Origin: the human T2T-CHM13v2.0 reference genome, Homo sapiens
NCBI RefSeq assembly: GCF_009914755.1
Contig: NC_060934.1
Reading direction: 5' to 3' (one strand)
Length of the DNA: 64,000 nucleotides
The notes beneath the pieces are model-generated. The model was not told the DNA's origin and made no database searches. It saw only the letters and a list, made by a program, of their open reading frames with translations. Positions 1-14,548 of this stretch are shown in pieces (position 1 is the stretch's first letter; each line of letters starts with the position of its first letter). A program made the position numbers and the translations under genes.

Positions 1-291
1 TTTTGTATTACAAACGTGCCAGCTTTGACTACCCTTGACACTAGGTAAGTGGGAGATTAATTGTTGGGATTATACCCATGGAAAAAGCCATAAGGCTTAC
101 ATCACAAGTTTTATTTTTTTTAATATTTTGTTTTCATAGCTGGGGATTACTCTGTTGGCATTCAGGGAGAGAGAATGAAAAAATATACTAGGATAAAAAA
201 GGGAGTACTAATTAAAACCACAAAAGCAATGCAAACATACATTAAAAGATACAACAAATTCCATGCCAGTTTCGTGAAGAAATGCTTTGAG

Positions 292-450
292 GTTTTTTTC
301 CCCCCAGCTTTATTGAGTATAATTGACAAATAAAAAATGCATATATTTAAGGTGTATGACCTGACAATTTCATATACAAATACATTGTGAAATGGTTACC
401 ACAATCAAATTCATGAATATATCCATCACCACACATGGTTACCATCCTTT
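292..450 (-). mobile_element. Old L1M 3'-end fragment
   Basis: Resembles the reverse-complemented L1MA-type 3' end (ctttattgagtataattgacaaataaaa...atccatcacc). Confidence 0.65.
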
Positions 451-601
451 GAGTTTTAAGGTGAATTAATGGAATGCGTGTCATTCATATGCATATTCAT
501 ATGCATGTCATTTGCATACCATTCCTTGACTCAAGAAAGTTGCTATATGAGTGAAAGATAATTATTGATCATATGAACTTAAGATACAATTATTCTCATC
601 T

Positions 602-890
602 GGCCAGGTGCAGTGGCTCACGCCTGTAATCCCAGCACTTTGGGAGGCAGAGGCAGGTAGATCACTTGAGGTCAGAAGTTTGAGACCAGCCTGGCCAACT
701 TGGTGCAACCCCATTACTGAAAATACAAAATTAGCTGGGCATGGTGGCACATGCTTACTTGGGAGGCTGAGGCAGAATCGCTTGAACCTGGGAGGCAGAA
801 GTTGCAGTGAGCCAAGATCACACCACTGCACTCTAGCCTGGGTGACAGAGTGAGACCCTGTCACAAAAATAAAATAAAATAAAATAAAAT
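602..890 (+). mobile_element. Alu (S-like)
   Basis: Dimeric Alu with (TAAAA)n tail and a small internal deletion near 755. Confidence 0.95.
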
Positions 891-1401
891 GAAACAATTA
901 TCCTACAAGAATTACCAGTAAGTATACTTCTAAAATAGATCTTACTCTAGTTCATTCCAATACTCACATAATACAACTATATATTAAATGGTGAAAATAT
1001 CATTGCAGATAAATTCTAAATGAAAATAAATCCTAATATGTAATCCATTAGGAAATAAAATTCTAAATTTAATTCTACAAATTACTTTGTGATTTTGATA
1101 AAATTTACCTAAAGATACAGGGAAGATTTTAAATTTGTTTAAAAATGGGAAGTTAGTAAAATCTTGAGGATAAAGAAGAAATGTATACATATCAGGCAAG
1201 CCCACCACTGCATGTTCCATAGAATCTTACAGATAATGGATCTCAAGAATAAGCAGGCTAAATTTTCACACCCATCCCCCAAGTAGCTGAATCATTGGGG
1301 ATTTTCTTTTGGAGAAATTTAGGGCCCTAGCAAAGAGTAGATAGCGTTCTGAGCAAGTTACTACTCCCAAGGGTTGGCCCAAGCATTCAAAAACAGCTGG
1401 G

Positions 1402-1690
1402 GGCTGGGCACAGTGGCTCCTGACTATAATCCCAGAGTTTTGGGAAGCCAAGGTAGGAAGATCATTTGAGACCAGGAGTTCAAGATTAGCCTGGGCAATA
1501 TAGTGAGAATCCCATTTTTCTACAAAGAAATTTAAAAATTTGCCTATAGTTTCAGCTAGTTGGGAGGCTGAAGTGGGATCACTTGAGCCCAGGAGGTAAG
1601 GCTGCAATGAGCCATGATCATGTCATGCCTCTGCACCCCAGCCAGGGCAACAGAATAAGACCCTGTCTCAAAAAAAAAAAAAAAAAAAAA
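1402..1690 (+). mobile_element. Alu (J-like)
   Basis: Diverged Alu with poly-A tail. Confidence 0.9.
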
Positions 1691-3481
1691 GAGAGATTGA
1701 GATCTGAGATCTCATATTTTTGTAGCAGGTTACACTGAGTGTTAATGGATGCATGATGTTAACTTACTGATTTTGTTTGTGAAGAACATATAACCTGGTT
1801 ATTTGAAAGAAAAAACCATGACTACCAGAATGAACCAATGTGTAATATAGAAACAATCCCTCTGGCTTTGATCCCCTAACATCTGTGTGTCCTCTGGCAA
1901 GATTTTTGAGTACAGGTTGGAGAATGAGCAAAGCAAAGGTATTTGTTGGACACCAACTAGGCATCAGACACTGAAGTTATTTTAGTTACTCCTGACCACA
2001 ACTCTGCATAAGCTACAGGGTGGTTTTCCCATTTTACAGACAAGAAGACTGAGCCTCAATCAGGCCATTGTTTGGCAGACAGTACATCTAGGACAGCCTG
2101 TTTCCAAGCCTGTGCCCTTTGCAAAACACCTTCTTTTGCCTGGCCAGCTTGATGGAGGCTCTTATAACCTGAGGCTATGGTGTGCTGGTGGGATTGTAAA
2201 CATTAGAAAGTACATGCCAAGAACCGAAAGCCATTAAGGAAAATGAATCACTTTCTGGATGCATTGAACATCTTTAGATTATGAGAGCTTCGTGAAGAAA
2301 TAAAGTACAGAAATGATTTTTCTTCTTAAAAAGAAAGGAATATCTCTCTGGAGTAGAGATTGTTGGCAAGTTCATGTATAATCATGGTCAGCAGAAAAGA
2401 AATCTAAGCAGTAATGAAAAGCTTGTGTACTCAGAATGCCTTTAACCCAGTGAGCTGAAGAGCAGGCCTTTGGGGGAATGACGTTGGATGGAGGTGGAGT
2501 TGGGACAGGAATAGAATCCTGGTCCTGGAGGGAAAGACAGGTAAAAGAAAGTGAGACCATTAAAAGCAGGCATGATGCATGGTTACTCTTCATCCCTGGG
2601 TAAGGTGGTATAAATTGCTTTTGTTTTGCCCCCGTCCCCCAAATCATTTTTTTAAAGAAAGAGAAGAAAATATTTTTGAGGGAACTCATTACCTTTTGGC
2701 TTGAGGCATAGAAGCCTCAGAAGCTGAAAGCAATGTTATATTTTTATATGCTGCAGATGCTTCCTGGTTTTAAAACAGTGACCTGGCTCCCCAACAATTA
2801 CAGCATCAACATTGAGGGAGAACATTCTTGTGTATCGTGTAATTCCAGGAGCAGATGTGGGGTAGCCTTTACGAAATTAGGAGGAGGGGAGGCAGTCTGG
2901 TTTAGATCGTGAACTACCCAAAGGAAAGTTACTTGGCATGACTTCGATTGTGTGTTAAGATAATTTTTATTGTGTTCTAGTTCTCAGACAATATCATAGA
3001 TAACCTCTTTTGCCTGGGTGCATTTTGAAAGGTCTTTGTGTTGATTATCTGCTTTTGATGTGTTTTCATGATCCGTTCAGACTACCCAAGCCATAAAACA
3101 TCAGTAATTAAGAAAAACTCTCCCTGTGGAGAAGAATCAAGAAGATTCTACTTCTTTTATTTAATTTTTAACATATCTAAAGGAATGCAGTAAACTCTTT
3201 TTACCCATTAGTAATTGACTTTGAAACAGGATATGCCTTTCCTCTGGAGTCTACAAGTAAGTCTCGAGAGAAACTTCATAAAACAGATTGATCCTAAACT
3301 TCCCTCCTGCATTCATGGGAGTTAGCTGACAGGAAATACACAGTGCGAGGAAGTGGTGAGTGAGAGAAAAAAAAAAAACAGCTAACTGATAAGATCTTAA
3401 TTGCAAGGGTCGTTTTCATGGTGGATCATACCTAATAGGTCATGTATTTCAACAGTTTTTTTGGAAAAGTGATTATGCATC

Positions 3482-3784
3482 TTTTTTTTTTATTATTTTC
3501 TGAGGCAGAGTCTCATTCCGTCACCAAGGTTGGAGTGCAAGTAGTGTGATCTCGGCTTACTGCAACCTCCGCCTCCTGGGTTCAAGCAATTCTCATGCCT
3601 CAGCCTCCCAAGTAGCTGGAATTACAGGCATGCGACCATACGCAGAGCTAATTTTTGTATTTTTAGTAGAGTTGGGGTTTCCCCATGTTGGACAGGCTGG
3701 TCTAAAACTCCTGACCTCAAGTGATCCGCCCACCTCGGCCTCCCAAAGTGCTGGGATTACAGGTGCAAGCCACCATGCCTGGCC
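3482..3784 (-). mobile_element. Alu (S-like)
   Basis: Antisense Alu consensus preceded by a T-run. Confidence 0.95.
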
Positions 3785-6774
3785 AGTGATTATGCGTCTT
3801 GTAAACGAATTTTTGGGGTCTAACTTTTCCAAAATTTCTATCTGGTTTTCTTTCTTCCCTTCTAAGAGTCTGTATCTTCTTCCCTGCCCTGGGCTTTATT
3901 CTTTTCTAGAGATCCTGGCAGTCATTATGACCATGCCCTTTATGGCACATCCAAGGTCAGTGTTCATGCGTGTCCTCCCTCGTTCATTCCCTAGTATGGG
4001 TGGATATAGCTGTGTTACATGCTGAATCCTGCTACCCACTGTGCAATGGAGGGGTCAGAGTCTTGTGGAAGGAGAGCTGGAGAGCCAGGGAGAATACAGG
4101 ACTTTTCTTCACCTTGGGTTGAGGCAGAACTCATAAAAAACAATGAAGCAAGGAATAATTTCGTTTTGCACCCGTTTTTTTCGTTTATGGACCCCATTTC
4201 CTGCATCTTAGCAAAATCTCTCCTCAAAAAAATGTTCTAGATTAGTAGTAGTAAATTGATCTATCTGATGGGGCTGCTGTTGGATCTCTCCGAGCCATGT
4301 TTGAACTTTTAATAATGAAGTCCACAGTCCCTGCATAGCTTACCAAGCAACTGTGGATTTGCAGGGTGCGGCCAGCAGGTTGCTGGAGCGAGATGGGCTC
4401 CCAGTTCCCCTAACATCACTCTCCACCCTCCACAGTCTATCCACAAGCCACCACCCTGCTGCTCACAGGTCTGACCCTCCCCTGTGGTTGATGGGCAGGA
4501 CAGGACTCTACATATGCCGGTGTCTGTTAACACAATGGGGAACCCACCAGAGATCCCTCACACAGGATCACTTTTCTGGCTGGGCTGTTTTTCCTCATCT
4601 TTCATCAGTGAGTGTTGGCCGTCAGCGTGGCACTCTTCACACCCAAGTGAAGCCTGCCTTTCCCCTCTGCCACATTGCAGTCTCTGCTGGGGTGGAAAAG
4701 AGGTCAGCAAATGAACTCACAATAGTGCTAAGCATTGGATTAAGCTTTCACCATTAGTCTTTTCAGCTGACCCAAGAATTGCATTGTGAATGGGGAGGTG
4801 GGGTGACTCACTGAGTAATCCTTTAAAGAGTCCATTGGAAGCCAGTCTTCTTTCAAATGTTTCACATGGAATAATCGTGAATATTTTTGCATGGATGTGC
4901 AATTAATTGCAAAGTATGTATGTATACTTTAGGTGGAAACTTAAAAACCTTCCTTTGCCATTCTCATAAATGGGCTTGCTGATCTGCCTATTATAGATTA
5001 TGGTGGCCAAAGCACCACCCTTCTATTAAAAAGTATAATCTTTTTTTTTGTTGTTGTTAACCAATCAAATGTTCCATCTGTTTAGACTCCGCTGTCTGCT
5101 CTGGATTTTAGAACAATGCAGTCAAGGTTATTCTTGCTCAGTAATCTTGCCTTGAAAAAGTGAGTTACTGTTCCCAGAGGCAAAGGCACTGCTTCTTGAT
5201 GACAGGCAAGTGGGATTTATTAGCTTTGTGAAGGAGGTGGGAGGGCATCGTGATACTTGGTAAATTATGAGAGGGGCTGGGGAGACCATGTCAAAAAGAA
5301 AGGGATTCCTTGCCAGATGTTCCTAAGAGTTGAATTACCATGGAGAAAATAATCTGAAAATATGAGTGACCTCGACTTTGTCCTAAACCCCCATGGCTTA
5401 AAGTGCAAGCGAAAGGAGGGAATGTGGCTTTATAGGGGCTTGCAGGTAGATGGAGGGTGGGTGGGGGTGGTGTCAGGTCAGTTCCTTATGGGCTTCCCTA
5501 AGTCAGTGCTGGAGAGCAAAAAGAGTGTTGAGGCCTCCCGAGAACGCTAGAATGACCCCACATCCCTCTACATCAGCTTTAGACCCACAGCAGCCTCCTA
5601 GGTCTTCTAGGTGGAGGCTGAGATAGAGATGTTCTATCCTGAATATGTTCAGACAAGCCAGGGGCACTCATATAGGTGGTGCGGTTTCCTGTTTTGCAAA
5701 GGACAGGAGATAGAGCCACCCAAGCAGATGTCCCAGATGAAAATGGCTGTGAAACGACAGTGTCACCTTAATATCCATTTGGACCTCATTTATGGGAAAA
5801 GCCACCTTTCCCACACCACTATATTTTGTTTGTTACAATCTCTGTTTGTCCTTCTCTTTCAAACATATTTCTCATTAGATTTATTCCATCGCATATTTTC
5901 AGCTTGTTTCTGTGAAGTTCCGACAGGAGGGGTGTTCCAGGAAGCTCCGCGGTACCTTTTATTTTATTTTACTTTATTTTTGCCCTTCTCCTGGAAGAGC
6001 ACTTGGTAATCTTCTTAAATGCTTTTTGAAAGCCTTTTAATGACATCACTCAGTGCCCCGCTGATCACTCATGAACTGCAGTTGTACACCAGCTCCAAAA
6101 GTTCCATATTTATGATGATAAACAAGAGCTGTAAGATTTCTAATTTTGCTGAGGGGCTATTTTCCCTCTCTCTCTTGATGTGACTCAGTTTTTCAGTGTA
6201 GGGCCAGAGGCTGTTTGTGTACTCAGAGACGATGTTTTCAACTTTTTGCTCTTGATTTTTCCAGGCAATTAGCAAAGTCTTTTTAGAGTGGAATTGTTAT
6301 GAGCATACATTCTATTTTAATTCATTGTAATTAGAGGGATGAGCATTACACTTCTTCAAGAACTCCTAGAAGTCAATGTTCTGATTTCCAAAGATCAAAA
6401 TCTTATTTTATGAGCAAAAAATGTGACTAGATATGAAAAATGACAATCAGTAATATTCCTCCAGCTGGCAGATTGTATGAACTCCACTTGTGATTTCAAA
6501 ATCATGCTGCAGAGCTGTAGCTGGGTTTTCTGATGGTTTCTCCACGGATTATCTTCCTCAAATACAATGTTAAAAATAATAACTTGTCACTGTGGCCCTC
6601 AGTTTGGTTGTGTTTATTATAAAGAAGATTGAACATATGAACTGCCAATTGATGATGGCCCATGTTCCTGGTCTGTTTAAGTAACATCAAGTCATCTTTG
6701 AATTTAAGAAATGGTAGCATTCTCTTATTTGATTGCTATTAGCCCTGAAATGGAACTGTCCAGAATAGTATTTG

Positions 6775-7506
6775 TGAAATGGCAGAGTTCCCGGACCCCC
6801 CTCACAGGACGTGAGACAGGGGTGTGGCTAGTCTATCTGGCCACCTAGTGAGCACTCAAACCCCTTACAGGAGGGGGAGCATGCAGATGGGCAGGTGCAG
6901 GAGCCGGGGCAAGTGCTTTTGGACTCTGGCCCCACAGTAGCATCTAGGGGTGGGTGCCTGCAACTCTCAAAGCTGCAGTGGGCATGTTACCATGCTCTTT
7001 TAGCTCTGCCATCTGCACACAGCTTAAGTGTTAACCAGCTCAGTGCCCTCTTGGTATCCAAGTCCTTGTCCTGCATCCAGGAAGAATCAGGTCACACAGA
7101 CAAACTGAAGGATGGTAAATGCGGGGGATTTTATTGCCTCATCAAGGTGGCTCTCAGCAGGATGGAGTGGGAAGATGATCTTCCCCTGGAGTTCAGCCAT
7201 CCTGAAGCCAATCTCCTCTCTCACCATTCCTAGCCAAACTCCTCTCAGCATTCAGATGTTCCTTCTCTTCTCTCCTCTGCTCCTCTGCTCTTCTGCTCCT
7301 CTGCTCTTCTGCTCATGGAGCCTGGGGCTTGGGGTTTATATGGGTACAGGATAGGGAGGCATGGCAGACCAAAAGGCAACATTTGGGCACAAAAACAGGA
7401 ATGCCCGTTCCCATTTAGGGCCATGGGTTTCCAGACTTGAGGGTGGGGCTTTTGCCAAGGAACCACCCTCTTCTACCCAGTATTTCCCTGCCTCCTGTCC
7501 ATGTCA
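6775..7506 (-). mobile_element. Solo ERV1-class LTR, MER50-like
   Basis: TG...CA ends and 4-bp TSD TTTG (6771-6774 / 7507-7510). Minus strand starts tgacatggacaggaggcagggaaatactgggtagaagaggg; length about 730 bp. Confidence 0.8.
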
Positions 7507-7821
7507 TTTGTACAAGAAAACATTTTTCTCCCAGTAAAGCTTATCAGTTTTCACAGAATAATTGTCAGCCCCTAAAGTATTTTTGGCTGTCTCCAGAGGT
7601 TAGTAGGTAAGAAGCTTGAAGATGAGGCCAGAGTTCAGCATTGAGCTGTCCCAGGTGACACAGACTGGTGAGGGCAGGCAGGTTGGCTGAACTCAGTCCC
7701 TGGAGCTTGGGGCCAGAGGAGGTTGCAGCTGTGTAAGCAGGTGGGCTTCAGCCCCTCAGGATAGCAAGTCTCACAGCCAGGGATGCAGATGCTAACATCT
7801 GTCACATTGTCTTCAGTGGTT

Positions 7822-8185
7822 TATTATCTTAGTTTCAGCTGCTGCAACCAATACCATCGACTTGGGGGCTTAAATGACAGGGATTTATTTCTCATAGTTC
7901 TGGAGGCTAGAAGTCCAAGAGCAGGGTGCCAGCATGGTCAGGTTCTGGTGACAACCCTCTTTCTAGTTGGTAGACCTCTGTCTTCTTGCTGTGTCCTCAT
8001 ATGGCAGAAAGAAAGCATCTGTCTCATGTCTCTTTTTAGAAGGACACTAATCCCATCACAAGGGCTCTACTCTTGTGACCAAATCACACCCCAAAGGCCT
8101 CACTTCCAAATACTATCACATTGGAGATTAGGGCTTCAACATGTAAATTTGGGGTTGGGGGGCACTCACATTCAGTTCATGGCAC
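7822..8185 (-). mobile_element. MaLR LTR (MLT1A-like)
   Basis: Motifs atttatttctcatagttctggaggctagaagtccaag and terminal cattcagttcatggca. Confidence 0.8.
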
Positions 8186-8241
8186 TTGTGAACTGAAGCC
8201 AAGTGTTGTAGGTCTTCTGTCGCCACAGCTGAGCAGGCTGA

Positions 8242-8585
<344 letters not shown>

Positions 8586-9048
8586 CAGCAAGTCCTCATT
8601 CTTTAGCAGCAGAACATTTTAGGGTCTCTTCTCTTTCTTTTGTGCATAACTTAAGTTTCTTCTCCTTAATGATAACATCATTGCTTTATTATTTTTAGAG
8701 CTTTATAGTTAACAGTGCTTTCAACCAGTTTGCTTCATTTGTGCTTCCTGGAGACCACTGTGAAGTAGGTGGGATGATTATTGCCATTCTGCAGATGCAG
8801 AAATTGAGGGTCATGGTTTAGTTGCCCCAGTACAAAGCCTGATGCTGGGTTAAGTAATTTATTCAAAGTAAAACAGCATCGAATGCTGAATCTACATCTT
8901 GAACCCAGGTCCTTCTGACCGCAGGTCCTTCCCATGGGTATTTAGAGATTTGCAAAAAGCACTTAGAGCTCCTGCCCATTAGTCTAGGCCTTCCTTGATA
9001 ATAACCTTGTGGGGGAGACCTCTAGTGTGGCCAAGGATGTTAGGAGGT

Positions 9049-9427
9049 TGCCGTGGTTTCAGTGTGTCCCCCAAAGTTCATGTGTTAGAAACTTAATCCC
9101 GAATGCAACAGTGTTGAGAGTTGGGACCTATAAGAGGTGACTAGGTCATGAGGCACAACCCACAGGAATGAATTAATTCTGTTATCTTGGAAGCACGTTC
9201 CTAAGAAAAGAATAAGTTTGGGCCCCCTCCTCTGTCACTCACACACATGCTCCCTTGCCCTTCCACAATTCCACCATGGGATGACACAGCAAGAAGGCCC
9301 TCGCCAGATGCTGGCATCTTGATATTGGACTTCCAGCATCCAGAACCATGAGGAATGAATTTATTTTCTTTATAAATTACCCAGACTGTGGTATTCTGTT
9401 ATAGCAACATGATACGGACTAAAACAG
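9049..9427 (+). mobile_element. MaLR LTR (MST/MLT1A-like)
   Basis: Starts tgccgtggtttcagtgtgtcccccaaagttcatgtg; ends ttctgttatagcaac...ggactaaaaca. Confidence 0.8.
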
Positions 9428-11581
9428 AGGCCATCTGTGTCTAAAGCAACTTAAAGCTAAAATTTGCCAAAAAGGTTTAATCCAAGTCTTCATTTTAATG
9501 CATAAGGAAATTAAGGGCCAGATAAATGCCTAAGTTACAATGAGTTTGAGGCAGGGCCTGGGCTAAGAATTGGTCTCAGACTCTCAGCCCAGTGCTCTCC
9601 AGATCATTGAGCCTTACCTCTCCCTCATAGAGTGGCAAGATAAGATGCCCCACTCGTACCACGGCCAGCCATTATGGAAACTTTCAGGGTAGACCTTGTA
9701 TGAAGGCCAGCCCCTGCCCACTGTAGGTAGAGGAAGACAAGACACTCAGAAGCATCCCTCAGCTGGCTGCCTGGGCCTGGAGTAGTACGAATCACCTTGC
9801 TTTGGATGCAAGCTGGTCAGAATCTGTGAGTTTCTACACTCTGGGCCTGTTTCCTATGGAAGAAAAGGGAGAATCAGAAGTGCATTCTGGACTAGCTTCA
9901 ATAAATCATCTTATGTCTTATCCCACCTCTTTTCCCTATTAAAATTCTTACCTTTGGCCGGGCCCAAGCTTGAGAAGGCCACTCCTAAAGCAAGGCCCCT
10001 TTGGACTAGGGCCTGGGCAAGAGTTAACTGGCACCTGCTATGCCAGCACAAAGCTTAATTCCCCTGCAGCAGCACACCCGCAGGCAGCTATTGAAGCAAG
10101 GATGGAATGTCTTACAATACAAAGCCTTTGTAATAATGAGAGGGAAATAGAAACCAGAGGTTTGCAAGCTCTTTTTTTCTTGGGGGGTTCTGAGTATTTT
10201 TGTTTAACTTAAGTTTCGTGTTCCAAGGAAGGGGCGTTTTAGTGAAAATTGTGAAGGGAAACCCTGCCAAACAGAAATTCCTTATAGGATGAGTATTTTC
10301 CTCCTTTCAAGGTGTGAGAGCGACCAAGAAGCAATAACGCATAGGGGAGTCGGGGTGATAGATTGGAATGCTCTTGGCTGGAGTGTGATTGGTGTCTGGA
10401 AGTGAGTCCCAGCAGGTTGGCTGGTGAGGCCATGTGAGCATTGGGCCTGTTCCAGGGCTGTGAAGTGTGCAGGCTTGCTTGAGGCTGTAGGCACCACTGC
10501 CTGAGCCATGCACGTAAACTCCCCAGACCCTAAGAGTAGTTTACTGTCAGGGGGTAAGCCCCCAAATCAAGCAAGCTGCACAGAGCCAAGACTCCCAAGA
10601 ACCAATGCCTTCTTCCAGCCTTTCATTCATTCATTCTGTAAGTGAAAACTCAGCGTGGATGTGGATGAAGATATTCATGCCTTTGTGATCATTACATTTC
10701 AGTGTGTGGGTGCAAGGGGAAGGAGACAGATAAGAAGTGAGCAAATAAGTAAAGTATCTAGTGTGTCTAGGGGTTTTAAATGTTATGGAGGCAAAAATAA
10801 GCAGAGTTCTCAAGGAACTGGTCATCCCGATGTCCATGGGCTGCACTTGGTTGGGGCAGTTCTAAGAGTATCTGTCACACTTGCAGAGACGACCTGGGTC
10901 AACTCTTCCCAGGCACTTTGTAGAACACCGGGCAGGGATACTTCAATTTCACTCTTTGTTAACTGGGAATGTGGAGGCTTAGGAAAGAACTCTGAGATTT
11001 GTGAATGTGATACCAGTCCTCCTATAGTTAACCAATGTGTTTGTTCATTCTCATACACTCTTGCATTTGTATGAGAATATTAACTATTTCAAAGCTCTCA
11101 TAAATCTATTGCATCATTTTAGTCTTATATCAAAGTAGGAAGGGTGGATATTGAGACACAAAATTGAAGATCAACGACTGTGCTGTGGCATGGGTTGTCC
11201 AGTCAGGACAGTGGCCATACACAGTGGTTGGCCATAGTGAAAACTGGCTGAATAGTCACCCTGTATATGACAGGTTTGCTTTGCAATTTGTTTTTTGTTT
11301 GTTTATTTTTTGCATTGCAATGGCAAGGTCATAGAAATAATCTTGTCACCCTTCAAACTCACTACTTTGAAAGCCAGCACTCCATTGTATGCATATATAT
11401 ACACATACACACACAAAGTGTACTTGTTTTGTTTTTTTAAAAATCAGTCTCCTTACTTTGACCCATGAGAACAGGAGCACACAGGAGTTCAGACATATCC
11501 ATTGGCCACATAGTACCTGAGATCTGTGAATGAGATCACAGTCGTCCTATAGTTAGCCAATGTGTTTGTTCATTCTAATAC

Positions 11582-11929
<348 letters not shown>

Positions 11930-12574
11930 TTAGCTTTCATTTGATGAGAATATTAATTATTTCAAATTGCTCATAAATCTGCATTACTGTATGTCAGATA
12001 TTGGCTTTAGCATTTTTCTCAAGTTATTTCATACAACAAAGTATGATATAAACATCATTATTACTATGTCATGAATGAAGAAAGTGTACATGAAACATGC
12101 CTAAGGTAATATGCCCAAAGTCTCACAGATAGTAAGTGTTGAAAATGAAGCTTACGCCCAGTTCTTTCTCTTTCCAGAAATTATACTTTCAACCACTATC
12201 CTATATTCACTATAGGATTACTTTAGATTCTAAGATTCCTTAGGAAATTAGAAATTCTTAGAATTAGAAGCTGTTGGGATATCACCCTGAACTCTTTTTT
12301 GTTAAATGTTGCTGCTTTTTAGTTTATTTACCCTTGAAGGTCTTTGAGGCTTTATATTTTATTATTGTTATATCAACTATAATTCTTAGTGTGACTTATA
12401 AAGTCTCACAAGGCTACGTAATTTTATTCCATCTTTAAGTATTTTAAACAGTTAGAAAAGGAATTATATTACAATTAGATTTCTCAATTTAGTAGCTCTT
12501 TTTTTTTAACCCAAATAATCAGAAATTACTTTGCTCCCCCAGTTACTGACAGACTGTGTATCTTTAGGATATAA

Positions 12575-12927
<353 letters not shown>

Positions 12928-13239
12928 TAGTTTTGTGTCATGAGGCTACTAATTTTTTATTCCTCAGTGGTAACTTTATGAAATCTCTTAGACTTGCAGC
13001 AATCAAGCCTCTCCCTTCTATCATGGGCTTTAACTATGCAAGCAGTCAGCCCATTACAGTTTTTTCACAGACTGGTTACATTCAGCCCGAGTTTGAACCA
13101 GGGCCATTTGGGGGCATTTGGAGAGGATGAAGATGGACCAAAAGCAATCAGTTGACCTGTGTCTTGTTTCCTCTTGAATTTGGGATTTCAGCTGCCTCCT
13201 TTGATTATGCTGGAGACTGTATCATACTCGCTAGGTTCA

Positions 13240-13258
13240 GGGCACCCCCTTGTGGTGC
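13240..13258 (-). promoter_or_regulatory. Candidate CTCF binding site
   Basis: Minus strand reads GCACCACAAGGGGGTGCCC, close to the CTCF core CCACCAGGGGGCGC, in non-repeat DNA. Confidence 0.6.
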
Positions 13259-13719
13259 AACTCGAAACGTAATCAACGTGAGGAAACAGAATGATGGCCA
13301 AATGACGAGGAATGAAGAGGCCACGCATGTAGATATGATTTTATTGTTCTTCCCATTTTTAAAACTCTCAAATCAAATCTCCTGTTTTTCTCCTGTTGTT
13401 TCAAATTTATCAGTAGTTATTTCAATGCTAAGTGGTTTTTTTTTTTGGAGGTAGAAACAAATCAGAAAAGCAAGCACAAATAATTTAATGCTACATCTCG
13501 GGAGTTTTTAAAAAAATTTTATTACAAAAGTAACCATGGATATTCTAGGAATGTTAGAAATAATAGACTAAGAGTAGGAGAATTATTTACAATCCCATGA
13601 CCCACATAGAATACTTGTGTTAATATTTTGGTGTATATCCTTCTCCTATTTTTTTCTAGGCACATAGACTCAAAGGAAAGAAACCACATGCCACAAGCAC
13701 ATGCCATTTTTTTTTCTTA

Positions 13720-14023
13720 TTTATGTTATTTTGTTTTTTGAGACAGGGTCTAACACTGTCACCCCGGGCTGGAGTGTAGTGGCGCAATCACAGGTCACTG
13801 AAGCCTCAACCTACTCAGGCTCAGGTAATCCTCCCACCTCAGCCTCCCAAGTAGTTGGTACTGCAGGCAGACGCCACCATGCCTGGCGAATTTTTGTATT
13901 ATTTGTAGAGATGAGGTTGCAACATGTTGCGCAGGCTGGCCTTGAGCTCCTAGGCTCAAGCGATCTTCCCACCTTGGCCTCCCAAAGTGCTGAATTTACA
14001 GGTGTGAGCCACAGTGCCCAGCC
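13720..14023 (-). mobile_element. Alu (J-like)
   Basis: Diverged antisense Alu. Confidence 0.9.
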
Positions 14024-14229
14024 CATTGTTTTCTAATATGATTTTATCCACTTAATTATATGTGTGAACTTCTTTCCCTCCTGTTACATGATAGCTACTT
14101 CATCATTGCATGTGGTTGCCTGGTTTTGTTGGTTCCACTGTGTGTGGGCAAATACCATATCATGCAGGGCCTCCTTGTAGATAACTGTAGATTATTTTCT
14201 TGGGTTCTTTATTAGAAATAGAATGGCTG

Positions 14230-14548
14230 GGCCAGGGGCGATGGCTCACGCCTGTAATCCCAGCCCTTTGGGAGGCCGAGGCGGGAAGATCACGAGGTCA
14301 GGAGATCGAGACCATCCGGACTAACATGGTGAAACCCCGTCTCTACTAAAAATACAAAAAATTAGCCAGGCGTGGTGGCGGGCGCCTGTAGTCCCAGCTA
14401 CTCGGAAGGCTGAGGCAGGAGAATGGCGTGAACCAGGGAGGCGGAGCTTGCAGGTTCGGGCCACTGCAAGATCGGGCCACTGCACTCCAGCCTGGGCGAC
14501 ACAGCGAGACTCTGTCTCAAAAAAAAAAAAAAAAAGAAAGAAAGAAAA
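14230..14548 (+). mobile_element. Alu (Y-like)
   Basis: CpG-rich with Y diagnostics (gatcgagaccatcc, gaatggcgtg); perfect 16-bp TSD AGAAATAGAATGGCTG at 14214-14229 / 14549-14564. Confidence 0.95.

Noticed and set aside
25-50. TAG|GTAAGT as a recursive splice site (also cag|gtgaaa at 26552)
   Set aside because: The first has a poor pyrimidine tract and lies at the window edge; the second has a weak donor. Neither can be supported without nascent RNA-seq.
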